This document shows, piece by piece, positions 39,265-49,400 of a stretch of 64,000 bases of DNA. The position numbers and the translations under genes were made by a program. The stretch is taken from positions 2 to 64,001 of IMG/VR virus record IMGVR_UViG_3300043410_001300, one strand, 5' to 3'. The stretch's first letter is position 1, and each line of letters starts with the position of its first letter. A model generated the notes under the pieces. It was given only the letters and a program-made list of their open reading frames with translations, made no database searches and had not been told where the DNA came from. The stretch comes from a virus. Lineage: Duplodnaviria > Caudoviricetes.

Positions 39265-40212
39265 ATGACATATTCAGTAGGCGGATTAATCCAGGCAGCA
39301 GACATTAACGGATTCTTCGTTAACAACACAAATCATCTTAATGATATGTGGGGGACTGGCAGTGGTGACAAGGGCTACGGCCAAACTACAACATCTAATA
39401 AATCAGTAGGTGATACTATTGATCATACTGAGTGGGCATCACTGGTTAATAAAATTATTGCTGCGGCCTCACATCAAGGCACATCTGTTACTTCTAGAAC
39501 TGCTCCAGTAACTAATGATTTGGTAGCTTGGTTGACAGCCGTAGATACTGATCTAGGTACAATAACAACTAATAGATTAAATGCGGCGGCGGCTGGTTCG
39601 ACTGGAGCAGCAACAACCAACATTAATAGTGGCGGCACATGGAGTAATAGTTTATCTATGGTTACTTCAATAACTTTTGCCGATCACAATAGCGCCCGCT
39701 ACTTTTTTAATTGTGGCGGCCAGATTGGTATCACTGCTAGTCACGCTAGTGGAACTAACATCAACGGCCTGATTAGTAATCTATGTACTGATCTCGGAAC
39801 CATATGGTTAAGTGCTGGCACATGTACTATAGGTGGCGTAAATTATACCGGCACCACAAAGATAGGTGGTGGCAACTCAGCCGGAGCAACTATATCTACT
39901 GGAACAGGATTCTATCAATTAAGTTCAAGTCCCACTCAATTAATTCAACAAACAGGCGATTATGTATATAATGGTGGCGGATGGCCAGTCACAACAGTAA
40001 ACTATACGACAGGAACATTCCTTAGAATTAGTGCTTCTTATAACGGTAGCGGCACTATCACGATTACTGTACTATTCGATGAAGTCCCTAATGGAGCTAC
40101 TGTGGCCGCAGGTACCGTCACTAGCGTTGTTTTACGAACTCCTGAAACCACTAACATAACTAACAGTTGGGGAACTCCTTCTGTTTCTGCTGGCGCAATC
40201 ACAAGAGCATAA
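39265..40212 (+). CDS. Virion structural protein (paralog 1)
   Basis: MTYSVGGLIQAADINGF...GYGQ...ARYFFNCGGQI; Gly/Thr-rich; in the tail operon. Confidence 0.6.
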   Translation: MTYSVGGLIQAADINGFFVNNTNHLNDMWGTGSGDKGYGQTTTSNKSVGDTIDHTEWASLVNKIIAAASHQGTSVTSRTAPVTNDLVAWLTAVDTDLGTITTNRLNAAAAGSTGAATTNINSGGTWSNSLSMVTSITFADHNSARYFFNCGGQIGITASHASGTNINGLISNLCTDLGTIWLSAGTCTIGGVNYTGTTKIGGGNSAGATISTGTGFYQLSSSPTQLIQQTGDYVYNGGGWPVTTVNYTTGTFLRISASYNGSGTITITVLFDEVPNGATVAAGTVTSVVLRTPETTNITNSWGTPSVSAGAITRA

Positions 40213-40224
40213 TAGGAATAATTC

Positions 40225-41274
40225 ATGACATATTCAGTCAGCGGTAAAATTCAAGCAAGCGATATCAATGGCTTCTTAAACGACAATACCCCAAACTTAA
40301 ACAAGATTTGGAGCACTGGCTCTGGCGATTATGGTTATGGTCAGACTGCGGTTGCTGGCGTGGCAGTTAAAGATAAGGTAAGAACTCAGACCTGGACAGA
40401 ACTACTATCTGCCATCACTAAGATTGCAAATCATCAAGGCACAACAATAGGTGCGATGACTAACACTGGTGGTCTTAATCCGGGTACTACTAGTCCTACT
40501 ATCCCTGGCGGACAAGCACCAACAACCGGCATCCCCATCAGTTACTTAAACAATTTAAATCTACCAGCTCTTACCAATAATCTAGCATTAATTACCAATA
40601 ATAGAATGAATACTGTTAGACAGGGTAATGATAGTAGTACTACAGTAACTACTACCACTACTTGGTCTAATGTATGTACTGCCACATTTACTATCTCATT
40701 CGCTAGTCATGCCGCTGCCCGATACTTCTTTAATGCTGGCGGTCAGATTGCCACCCAAGCTAGTCACCCAAACACCACTAACATCAATCGATTAATCAGT
40801 GAAATCTGTAGCGACATGGGTACCTTATGGATGAGTAGTCCATCGTCTGGTACAGTATCCCTAGCCGGCACTAACTTTAGTGGAGTACAAAAAGCTGGCG
40901 GCGCTACTGGAAACGGTAGCACGATCAATACTAACTACGGCTTCTATGCGTGGACATCTACCTCTACTCAAGTACAGCGTCAACTAGGCTCATTCTCCTA
41001 CACTGGTCACTTTAATGGCACTCAATACAACACTTCAACCTTCGGACAAGTCAATGTCGCCTACAATGGCAGTGGTGTAGTAACTGTTACTGTTGTATTA
41101 GATGAAGTTCCTAATGGAGCGGTGGTTAGTGCTGGTACATCAGTGACCTTAAAAATTCGCCCACCTTCTACTACCTACTTCTCTGAGGGAGCATGGGGTA
41201 AAACAATTGTGAGTGGTACCGGACAAACCGCCGGACAAATTGCGGTAAGTGGCACAATCACCCCATCTAACTAA
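40225..41274 (+). CDS. Virion structural protein (paralog 2)
   Basis: MTYSVSGKIQASDINGF...GYGQ...ARYFFNAGGQI...DEVPNGA; full-length similarity to the preceding gene. Confidence 0.6.
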   Translation: MTYSVSGKIQASDINGFLNDNTPNLNKIWSTGSGDYGYGQTAVAGVAVKDKVRTQTWTELLSAITKIANHQGTTIGAMTNTGGLNPGTTSPTIPGGQAPTTGIPISYLNNLNLPALTNNLALITNNRMNTVRQGNDSSTTVTTTTTWSNVCTATFTISFASHAAARYFFNAGGQIATQASHPNTTNINRLISEICSDMGTLWMSSPSSGTVSLAGTNFSGVQKAGGATGNGSTINTNYGFYAWTSTSTQVQRQLGSFSYTGHFNGTQYNTSTFGQVNVAYNGSGVVTVTVVLDEVPNGAVVSAGTSVTLKIRPPSTTYFSEGAWGKTIVSGTGQTAGQIAVSGTITPSN

Positions 41275-41321
41275 AAATCTTCTCTCACATATCTGCTTCT
41301 AAATATCACTAGGAGCATCTC

Positions 41322-41633
41322 ATGTCAACAAAAATTCTAGTAGAGAATGTCAGACACCGATTCAACCACAACGAATCCAAACTCTACCTCAAAGAAAAAT
41401 ACACAAACAAACTATCAGTAGTCCACGGTGGTGGATTATGGGCAATCACGCCACAACTAATAGCCTTCCTCCGTGAGCCCACTAATGATACCCAATTTGA
41501 AATCCTGATAGATAGTTATGGTCATCCTATCAAGATCAACAGACAAGAGTTACTTACCCTAGCCGTCAATACATACACTACCGTAATGAATGAGTGGTAC
41601 ACAGAACATCAAGCCTTAGGTGCTCAGAGATAA
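41322..41633 (+). CDS. Hypothetical protein
   Basis: 103-aa ORF with AGGAG RBS and TAAATA at 41300-41305. Confidence 0.6.
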   Translation: MSTKILVENVRHRFNHNESKLYLKEKYTNKLSVVHGGGLWAITPQLIAFLREPTNDTQFEILIDSYGHPIKINRQELLTLAVNTYTTVMNEWYTEHQALGAQR

Positions 41634-42424
41634 TGTCTAGAGGAATAGTAGTATTCGCCCATAATAATCGCCATGATTATTACAGAATGGCTGTCACTGT
41701 AGCCAAACGAGCGGAGCGTTATCTAGGACTACCCACAACAATCATTACTGATCAAAATACACTAGATACAACAGGCTCCGAATCTTACAACTTTGACCAT
41801 ACTATCGTGATTGAACCAGATAGAAATAACTTCCTTAAGAAAGCTACCTGGATTAATAAGGGCAGATATCAGGTCTATGACTTAACACCATACGATGACA
41901 CCTTAATCCTGGATACAGATTACATGATTAATAGTAGTGCTCTACTAAAAACATTCGATTTACCAACTGACTTCTGTTGTTACGCAGATTCCAAGTATCT
42001 GTTTGAAGATACACCCAATGAACTGTTATCTCCTAACTCTCTTAGTACCTACTGGGCAACAGTGATGAGATTTACAAAGACCACTCGTACCCGCGAACTG
42101 TTCGATATGATCCACACTATTCAGGATAATTATGAGCACTATGCGGAGTTACACGGCTTCCTACCATATACCTACAGAAACGATTATGCCCTAACTATTG
42201 CTCTCCGCACCATCAATGGACACATAGAGCAGGCGTCAGATCGCATTCCAGGCCAACTTACCCATATCTCGAATGTATGCGAAGTTATTCGCCTAGATGA
42301 TAATACATATGAGGCTCACTATGAACACTACATTAGAGGCAGAAAGAAAAAGAGTAGAGTAGTACTCCATGACTTTGACTTCCATATGCTTAATAAGGAA
42401 AACTACATAGGACTAACATTATGA
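41633..42424 (+). CDS. GT-A-like glycosyltransferase (nucleotide-diphospho-sugar transferase)
   Basis: RGIVVFA..., TPYDDTLILDTD (DxD), RND; start placed at the ATG overlapping the upstream TAA. Confidence 0.6.
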   Translation: MSRGIVVFAHNNRHDYYRMAVTVAKRAERYLGLPTTIITDQNTLDTTGSESYNFDHTIVIEPDRNNFLKKATWINKGRYQVYDLTPYDDTLILDTDYMINSSALLKTFDLPTDFCCYADSKYLFEDTPNELLSPNSLSTYWATVMRFTKTTRTRELFDMIHTIQDNYEHYAELHGFLPYTYRNDYALTIALRTINGHIEQASDRIPGQLTHISNVCEVIRLDDNTYEAHYEHYIRGRKKKSRVVLHDFDFHMLNKENYIGLTL

Positions 42425-43209
42425 CACGCGGATTCGTTATTATGGCAGTTAATACCGCCACCACTGATTATGTCCTATTAGCCACTGTACTCCGTGATAG
42501 TATCTATCGTGTAATGCCCACCGCTAGGGTATCTATCATCACTGACCAGACTGTCACGGATCCGCTATGGGATAATATTATCCACATCACTAGTACAGAC
42601 AGTAGTGACTGGAAACTGGCCAATGATTGGCAGGTTTACGACCTATCTCCATATGATAGAACCATTAAGCTAGAAGCTGATATGTACATCCCACGCTCCA
42701 TAGAATACTGGTGGGATATCTTAGAGGATCGTGACTTAAACATAGCTACCACTATTAGAAACTTCCGTGGCGAGGTCTCCGAAGAACTATTCTATCGTCG
42801 TACATTTACGGAGTCCAATCTACCACAAACCTACAATGCTATTACTTACTTTAAGAAATCACCGCTAGCCAAAGAGTTCTACGAGTATGTCAGAGATATC
42901 TTCGAGAACTGGATAGAGTACTCACATCTACTGAAATATTCGACAGAAGATCGTGCTACTACTGATGTAGTGTATGCTATAGCAGCCACCGCCATTGGAG
43001 TAGAACATTGTACACTACCCACATTCCAAGAATTCTCCATGGTCCACATGAAGCGTATGATAAATGGTATCTCATCCGAAGTGTGGCACGATGAGCTAGT
43101 GTATGAGTTGCATCCACACACCATGAGGATTAACACCTATCCCCAATTGTACCCCCTACACTATCATAACAAATCGTTCGCATACATCATTCAGGAGGAG
43201 ATCCAATGA
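42421..43209 (+). CDS. GT-A-like glycosyltransferase paralog
   Basis: RGFVIMA..., SPYDRTIKLEAD (ExD), C-terminal LHYHNK; similar to the preceding gene. Confidence 0.6.
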   Translation: MTRGFVIMAVNTATTDYVLLATVLRDSIYRVMPTARVSIITDQTVTDPLWDNIIHITSTDSSDWKLANDWQVYDLSPYDRTIKLEADMYIPRSIEYWWDILEDRDLNIATTIRNFRGEVSEELFYRRTFTESNLPQTYNAITYFKKSPLAKEFYEYVRDIFENWIEYSHLLKYSTEDRATTDVVYAIAATAIGVEHCTLPTFQEFSMVHMKRMINGISSEVWHDELVYELHPHTMRINTYPQLYPLHYHNKSFAYIIQEEIQ

Positions 43210-43601
43210 ATCAGGACTTAACCTCATTAACACCCCTACAACAGCAAGAGTTTATAAACTTAATGCTAGCCAACATACCACCGCCACCACCACCACTAGA
43301 GTACAGAGTGTACTATGATGAACACGGAAAGATACTTACATACACTACAGAAGACCTACCGGGTGACTACTTAGTAATTACCAGAGATGAGTACAATATC
43401 GCCAGACATGATGCCATTGTGCTAGATGGGGTCCTAATCTACACTCACCTTAAACGCCATGTATTTAAATTAGAACCAGACAGAAATAATACCTCCTCAC
43501 GGCGTACTAGTAAATATGACATTAGTATTCTAGCTGATCCCGATGACAGCGAAGATGAATGCCGTTATTACAGAGTACAAGCCAATGAAATCACAAGATG
43601 A
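43206..43601 (+). CDS. Hypothetical protein
   Basis: 131-aa ORF, translationally coupled, poly-Pro stretch. Confidence 0.55.
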   Translation: MNQDLTSLTPLQQQEFINLMLANIPPPPPPLEYRVYYDEHGKILTYTTEDLPGDYLVITRDEYNIARHDAIVLDGVLIYTHLKRHVFKLEPDRNNTSSRRTSKYDISILADPDDSEDECRYYRVQANEITR

Positions 43602-44496
43602 AGTCTTAGAAGTCTTAGATATTGATCAGTTAGACCTGATCTATCTATCCTACGATGAGCCACAGAAGGAAGACTTCTGGTTAGCAATCCAAAACATGGT
43701 ACCATGGGCCAAGCGGGTAGATGGTGTTCGAGGTAGTGACGCTGCTCATAAAGCGGCTGCCGCAGCTAGTGATACTGAGAGATTTATTCTAGTAGATGGT
43801 GATAATATGCTAGATGAAACATTCTTAGACCAATCATTAACTATTACCCACGAGAATAAAGATGCTCAATTCCGTTGGCGAGCCAGAAATTACATCAACG
43901 GATTGTATTATGGCAATGGTGGATTATCTAGTTGGACCAAGACCTTTGTCAATAACATGCGTACTCATGAAGCTAGCGATGGTAACCATAAAACCAACAT
44001 CGAGTTTTGTTTTGACCCACTGTACTGGCCTATGCACAATTGCTACTCTACTACCTACCCTAACTACACGCCCAAGCAAGCATGGCGAGCAGGGTTCCGT
44101 GAAGGAGTTAAGATGTGTAATCGTGATGGCCTAATGCCCACCAACCTACAATCGTTCACTCACCACGTATGGCCTAATAACCTACGCAATCTACACATAT
44201 GGCAAACAGTAGGCCGCGATGTAGAGAATGGCTTCTGGGCAATTCTTGGCGCTCGCTTAGGCACACACTATCTAATGTTACGAGACTGGGATTATACCTC
44301 AGTCCAAGACTTCGATGAACTAGATAGGCTATGGGCACTGCATCAACACGATGACGAACTAGTAGCCCGACAAGTAGCTGCCGACCTTAACCGAGCACTT
44401 AATCTCAATATTGTGGAGCTAGACAGTATAGGCAGCAGGTTCTACAAAGACTATGGAACAAAGTGGACAAACACTGATATTATGGACAGAGAATGA
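43585..44496 (+). CDS. Glycosyltransferase-like protein (DGD / WRxxFRE family, copy 1)
   Basis: DLIYLSYDEP...RVDGVRG...AH...FILVDGDN...AWRAGFREGVK; GT-A-like DxD; start set at MKSQDE. Confidence 0.55.
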   Translation: MKSQDEVLEVLDIDQLDLIYLSYDEPQKEDFWLAIQNMVPWAKRVDGVRGSDAAHKAAAAASDTERFILVDGDNMLDETFLDQSLTITHENKDAQFRWRARNYINGLYYGNGGLSSWTKTFVNNMRTHEASDGNHKTNIEFCFDPLYWPMHNCYSTTYPNYTPKQAWRAGFREGVKMCNRDGLMPTNLQSFTHHVWPNNLRNLHIWQTVGRDVENGFWAILGARLGTHYLMLRDWDYTSVQDFDELDRLWALHQHDDELVARQVAADLNRALNLNIVELDSIGSRFYKDYGTKWTNTDIMDRE

Positions 44497-45857
44497 AATC
44501 ATTAGATCAAGTCGCCCAACAAGTTAACCAGGTTAGCCCATCATTCTGCGCTGCTAAATGGAAGCAAGTAACTATTCATCTCCAGAATGGTCATACTCAT
44601 TCGTGCCATCACCCTGATACCCACTTAGTGCCACTCTCTGAGATTAAGATGAACCCAGGAGCTCTGCATAATACTCAGCACAAAAAAGAACTCCGTAAGC
44701 AGATGTTAGAGGGTGTTCGTCCATCTGAATGTGATTACTGCTGGCGCGTAGAAGACAGTGGCACTAATCAGCACTCCGACCGTATTCGTAAGAGTGCTAC
44801 TCAATGGGCACTACCATATATCCAAGATATCGTCTCCAAGCCATGGGACGATAATGTAGACCCATCGTATGTAGAAGTATCCTTCTCAAGTGTATGTAAC
44901 TTTAAATGCAGCTACTGTGCTCCACACATCTCATCTAAGTGGATGGAGGAGATTGAGCAATATGGTGAGTATCCAACGTCATCTAAGTTCAATGGGCTCC
45001 AATGGATTAAAGAAGTTGGCAAGATGCCTCGACCTAATCGTGAAGATAATCCGTATGTAGAGGCATTCTGGAAGTGGTGGCCAACAATGTATACCAGTTT
45101 ACAACAGTTCAGAATTACTGGTGGTGAGCCACTCTTAGCTAAAGATACATTTAAGGTACTAGACTATATTATCGCTAATCCTAACCCTAATCTAGAAGTC
45201 AGTATCAATAGTAATCTATGCGTTCCGCCTGAACTATTTGATCGCTTTGTGGATAAATTAAAGAATATTACTGAGAATAGATTACTTAAAAAGATACAGG
45301 TCTTCACGTCCTGTGAAGCATGGGGTTCAGGAGCAGAATACATCAGACATGGCATGGATTACCAACAATGGTTAGCTAATGTCAATCGTCTATTCCTTGA
45401 GGTGCCCAACATCTATGTAACTGTTATGAGTACTTACAATCTGCTCAGTCTACCTAGTTACACCAGATTCCTAGAAGATATCTTAGCTATCAAGCAAGCT
45501 AACAATAGAACCCATCGTAGTGGTAATATGTGGTTAGATATCCCATACTTACGATACCCTACCCATCAAGCAGTGTTTATTGCGGATCCGACAATGTTAC
45601 ATTACATAGAAGAGAGTATCCAATTCATGGAGAATAACTCTAATCATCATGGCGAACGAGGCTTCCACCCTGCCGAGATAGATGGCCTAAAGCGCACCAG
45701 AGATGTACTCCTACAATGTAGGGAGGATGAGTACACCACTGTTAATCGACGTGACTTTATCATCTTTGTGGATGAGCATGACCGCCGCCGCGGTACTAGC
45801 TTCTTAGCTACATTCCCCGAGTTCGAGCATACATACCGGCTATGGTCCCAGCTATAA
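44493..45857 (+). CDS. Radical SAM protein with N-terminal Twitch/SPASM-like Cys cluster
   Basis: CNFKCSYC motif, TGGEPLL, N-terminal C..SCHH...CDYCW. Confidence 0.85.
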   Translation: MKSLDQVAQQVNQVSPSFCAAKWKQVTIHLQNGHTHSCHHPDTHLVPLSEIKMNPGALHNTQHKKELRKQMLEGVRPSECDYCWRVEDSGTNQHSDRIRKSATQWALPYIQDIVSKPWDDNVDPSYVEVSFSSVCNFKCSYCAPHISSKWMEEIEQYGEYPTSSKFNGLQWIKEVGKMPRPNREDNPYVEAFWKWWPTMYTSLQQFRITGGEPLLAKDTFKVLDYIIANPNPNLEVSINSNLCVPPELFDRFVDKLKNITENRLLKKIQVFTSCEAWGSGAEYIRHGMDYQQWLANVNRLFLEVPNIYVTVMSTYNLLSLPSYTRFLEDILAIKQANNRTHRSGNMWLDIPYLRYPTHQAVFIADPTMLHYIEESIQFMENNSNHHGERGFHPAEIDGLKRTRDVLLQCREDEYTTVNRRDFIIFVDEHDRRRGTSFLATFPEFEHTYRLWSQL

Positions 45858-45945
45858 TAGTCAAGGTCCTCCTCTCCACTATTATTATATCTCCATAGCC
45901 CGCCAGGGCTCCTCCTCCACCGTACTCTAACACTACTAACCTAAT

Positions 45946-46419
45946 ATGAAACTAATATCCCATCGTGGCAACTTAACAGGCCCCCAACCACATCTAGAAA
46001 ATACCCAAGAACAAATTCTCTACGCTATCTCACAAGGATTCGATGTAGAGATAGACGTATGGTATATCGATGGTAGCTTATTCTTAGGCCATGATGGCCC
46101 CGAACACCCTATCGCACCAGAATTCCTCGAACGAGATGAACTATGGTGTCATGCTAAAAATTTAGGAGCACTCCAATACCTCTTAAATAATAACATACAT
46201 TGTTTCTGGCATGAAGGTGACCAGCGTACACTTACTAGCCGTGGCTATATATGGACCTATCCTGGTAAAGACACTGTGGCTGAAAGTGTCATAGTAGAAT
46301 TAACTTCTACACTACCAACTATCACAGAACAAATAACAGGAGTATGTGGAGATTATGTCGCAAACTGGCGAAAAGAAGATAGCGTTATGCTTCTCGGGGC
46401 AACCAAGAACATGGCGTAA
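45946..46419 (+). CDS. GDPD/PI-PLC-like phosphodiesterase
   Basis: ISHRGN...EN...GFDVEIDVW...LGHD. Confidence 0.75.
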   Translation: MKLISHRGNLTGPQPHLENTQEQILYAISQGFDVEIDVWYIDGSLFLGHDGPEHPIAPEFLERDELWCHAKNLGALQYLLNNNIHCFWHEGDQRTLTSRGYIWTYPGKDTVAESVIVELTSTLPTITEQITGVCGDYVANWRKEDSVMLLGATKNMA

Positions 46420-47110
46420 GTGTGCTCAATCATGGCGTGATAACTTACTTCGTGCTAATACAGATGTATTCTGTCACCTATGGACGGCTAATACTCTACC
46501 CAACGCTATTGCTGGTGGTCAACCTAATATTGAGCCTATACTCCAGTGGGAGATAGATGAGTTATTTGACCTCCTGCGTCCAGTGGATTATATCATTGAA
46601 GAGCCACGTGAATTCACCCCAATGAACCCTGGTCAAGCCTTAACTAATAGTAACTACTTATCCCAGTTCTATGGCGTCCATCGTGCCGCTACCCTTAAAA
46701 AGGAGTGGGAGATTAAGCATGAGTTCAGATACGGTGGTGCTGTTAGAATGCGCTATGATACCTTCCTTGGCGCGGAGACGCATTCTAAGTTTAAAGTAGA
46801 CTACGACAGTATGATGAATGGTATACATATGGGCTGGGATCACGAGACGAAACAGGCCAGAATAGGCGACATTATGTGGCACAGTGATAGTCGTACATAC
46901 GATATCATAGCAGACTTCTGGTTAAACAGTGGTACTATTAGTGGTAGTAGATTTGGTGGTGATGTGCCGCCTGAGCGTATATTCTTCCACTACTTAAAGA
47001 AGAATGGTGTTAAGATTACGCCGCATCACTGGAAGGCGCAACTAATGAGATATGATAGTGAGCGTAGCTTTAGCAAAGTGGAGGATCCCCATGGATTTGA
47101 AACGTGGTAA
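46355..47110 (+). CDS. Putative glycan-transferase-like protein (IALCxSGxxR family, copy 1)
   Basis: KIALCFSGQPR...DVFCHLW...SQFYG...VRMRYD; this family is commonly seen in polysaccharide loci. Confidence 0.5.
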   Translation: MSQTGEKKIALCFSGQPRTWRKCAQSWRDNLLRANTDVFCHLWTANTLPNAIAGGQPNIEPILQWEIDELFDLLRPVDYIIEEPREFTPMNPGQALTNSNYLSQFYGVHRAATLKKEWEIKHEFRYGGAVRMRYDTFLGAETHSKFKVDYDSMMNGIHMGWDHETKQARIGDIMWHSDSRTYDIIADFWLNSGTISGSRFGGDVPPERIFFHYLKKNGVKITPHHWKAQLMRYDSERSFSKVEDPHGFETW

Positions 47111-47837
47111 GGTAGCTATTTGTTTAAGTGGATTAGTACGTACTGGCGTAAGAACTAAGGCACAGTTTGATAGAGTATTTGGTCATCTAGGAGCCGACTT
47201 ATTCTATCATACATGGACAACAGATCATACTCCTGAGGTTACTAACTTATATCAGCCAACTGATTACCTGGTCCAGGAGCCACTCCAAGGTGATCAAGGT
47301 TCATTTGGTAACATGTTATACAGCATCATGATGGCAAATCGTCTTAAGCGCCAGCACGAGGAGCGCCATAACTTTCGATATGACCTAGTGATTAAAGCTA
47401 GATTTGATCTAGTATATAACCCTGGTGCTAGATTTGTGGAGCGGATTGAGCCTAGAACAGTGTATTCTACGGGCGGCAACTGTGGTCTTAACCCTACCGA
47501 CTATGAGACACATGGGATTAGTGATGTCCTATTCTGGGGTGATTCCGAATCAATGGACATCGTATGTGATACTTATATGTACTACCGGCACTGGGCTCTA
47601 GAACTAGATCGATTACTGCGGGATGGTATGGTGTTTGATCACCATGATATCTATCTTAGCCCAGGCACACTAATGATGAATTTAGGTGCGCGGCATAATA
47701 TACACTTTGTAAAACATGCTAGTAGTATCAGAGAGATACCCTGGCGGTTGAATGCCACGCATCTAGACCCCGATACCCAATACCAACAAATTAAGGAGAT
47801 ATACAATAATGGCCACAAGACTAGTAGTAGCAGGTGA
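47091..47837 (+). CDS. Putative glycan-transferase-like protein (IALCxSGxxR family, copy 2)
   Basis: KVAICLSGLVR...DLFYHTW...MLYSI...YDLVIKARFD; GGAGG RBS. Confidence 0.5.
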   Translation: MDLKRGKVAICLSGLVRTGVRTKAQFDRVFGHLGADLFYHTWTTDHTPEVTNLYQPTDYLVQEPLQGDQGSFGNMLYSIMMANRLKRQHEERHNFRYDLVIKARFDLVYNPGARFVERIEPRTVYSTGGNCGLNPTDYETHGISDVLFWGDSESMDIVCDTYMYYRHWALELDRLLRDGMVFDHHDIYLSPGTLMMNLGARHNIHFVKHASSIREIPWRLNATHLDPDTQYQQIKEIYNNGHKTSSSR

Positions 47838-48615
47838 TTCCTGGACATACGGTAGTGAGATCAGAGACCCTAAGCTCACCGAAGACGTTAAAGACTGGGA
47901 TCAACCCAATGATGCCTACAGGCTACCTAGAATTTGGCCTACCAAACTAGGCGCTCTCATGGGTTCTGATACCGAAGTAATTAATCTGAGCTACCCTGCG
48001 GCATCTAATGACCGCATAGTCAGACACTTAACAGGATGGCTAACACAGGAGTACTTATATCCCGGTCGAGATACTAGTGACTTATTCGTAGTAGTAGGTC
48101 TAACTTCACCTGAACGTAAGGACTTCTACTACAAAGACGAGAGCTTACAGAACTGGATCACTATCTGGCCAATGTGGGATCATAGTTATGCACAACCACC
48201 ACTCCGTGAGTTTGGTAAACTATATGCTACCCATATGTGGAACGAGGAGGAGTATGTGCACCGTTATATTCAGCAGGTGTTCTACCTACAAACCCTATTT
48301 AAACAGTATGGTATCAAGCACCTGTTCTTTCAAGCGTTCTATCAGCATCAAACTATGCATATTAAAGACTGGCGAGATGACCCGTATAACAGACATTATA
48401 ATGGCCAACCCGATCGTCCACTATGGGATATGATTGACCCGGTTAGATTTATGAACAAAAATGACTCCAATCATAGCTTCCACCACTATATCACTAGCAG
48501 AGACACTAGCCCACATAAGCAAGTTAGTATAGTGGGCATGCATCCGTCAGAGACTGGCCATACCTGGTGGGCCGAACGTCTTCACCAATATTGTGGAGAT
48601 AATAATCTATGGTAA
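47809..48615 (+). CDS. SGNH/GDSL hydrolase-fold protein (copy 1)
   Basis: GDSWTYG, ASNDRI, C-terminal HPSETGH. Confidence 0.7.
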   Translation: MATRLVVAGDSWTYGSEIRDPKLTEDVKDWDQPNDAYRLPRIWPTKLGALMGSDTEVINLSYPAASNDRIVRHLTGWLTQEYLYPGRDTSDLFVVVGLTSPERKDFYYKDESLQNWITIWPMWDHSYAQPPLREFGKLYATHMWNEEEYVHRYIQQVFYLQTLFKQYGIKHLFFQAFYQHQTMHIKDWRDDPYNRHYNGQPDRPLWDMIDPVRFMNKNDSNHSFHHYITSRDTSPHKQVSIVGMHPSETGHTWWAERLHQYCGDNNLW

Positions 48616-49400
48616 GTCAACCAGTAACCCATCTAGCAGTATGCGGCGACAGCTTTGGCGTAGGCGCAGGTCTACCGTATGACAGATGCTATGAAGACAA
48701 CTTTACGGGCCGAGTAGCCGAACACTTCAATCTACCTCAGAAGGTATATGCCCGTAGTGGTTGCTGTAACTTTACTATCTTACTACAGGTGCGTAAGATT
48801 ATCGAGCAGGTCAAACAAGATCCCACATATCGCCCATTGGTTGTAATTACTACTACATTTCACGAGCGCCTGATATTTCCAGTCGATGGTAGTACTGACT
48901 ATCGAATGCCAGACTTATCACAAGTAGAGTACATGAACTACCCACCATACAGTGATATTAGTCCTAGCGAATCTAGGCCACTCGAATTCAGTATCGAGCA
49001 TGAACCCACACTACTCACTGAGACTGTTAGTAACATAGATCAGTATCTTCGTGGTAATATCAAGTGGGCAGATGGCTTATTCCATCGCGTAACACCCAAT
49101 AAGTTCGAGGCTATTAAGTCCTACATTACTGAACTATTCGATACCGGCGTCAAGCAACAGTGGGATAACTCCCTGTTCATTACTATGCACTACCTATTAG
49201 CTAAGCATGATATACCCCACGTTATCATGGGACACTACTTACATGATCTCCAAGGCCAACCAGAATACATGCAACATGATTGGGGCCACTGGTGTAAACA
49301 TTACCCAGACAACATGGGCAGTGGACACTGTAATGAGGAAGGTAATAGACTAGTGGGAGAGGCACTCGTCAAACACATCGAGGACAACAGTATATTATGA
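48609..49400 (+). CDS. SGNH/GDSL hydrolase-fold protein (copy 2)
   Basis: GDSFGVG, SGCCN, C-terminal GHCNEEGN. Confidence 0.65.
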   Translation: MVSQPVTHLAVCGDSFGVGAGLPYDRCYEDNFTGRVAEHFNLPQKVYARSGCCNFTILLQVRKIIEQVKQDPTYRPLVVITTTFHERLIFPVDGSTDYRMPDLSQVEYMNYPPYSDISPSESRPLEFSIEHEPTLLTETVSNIDQYLRGNIKWADGLFHRVTPNKFEAIKSYITELFDTGVKQQWDNSLFITMHYLLAKHDIPHVIMGHYLHDLQGQPEYMQHDWGHWCKHYPDNMGSGHCNEEGNRLVGEALVKHIEDNSIL

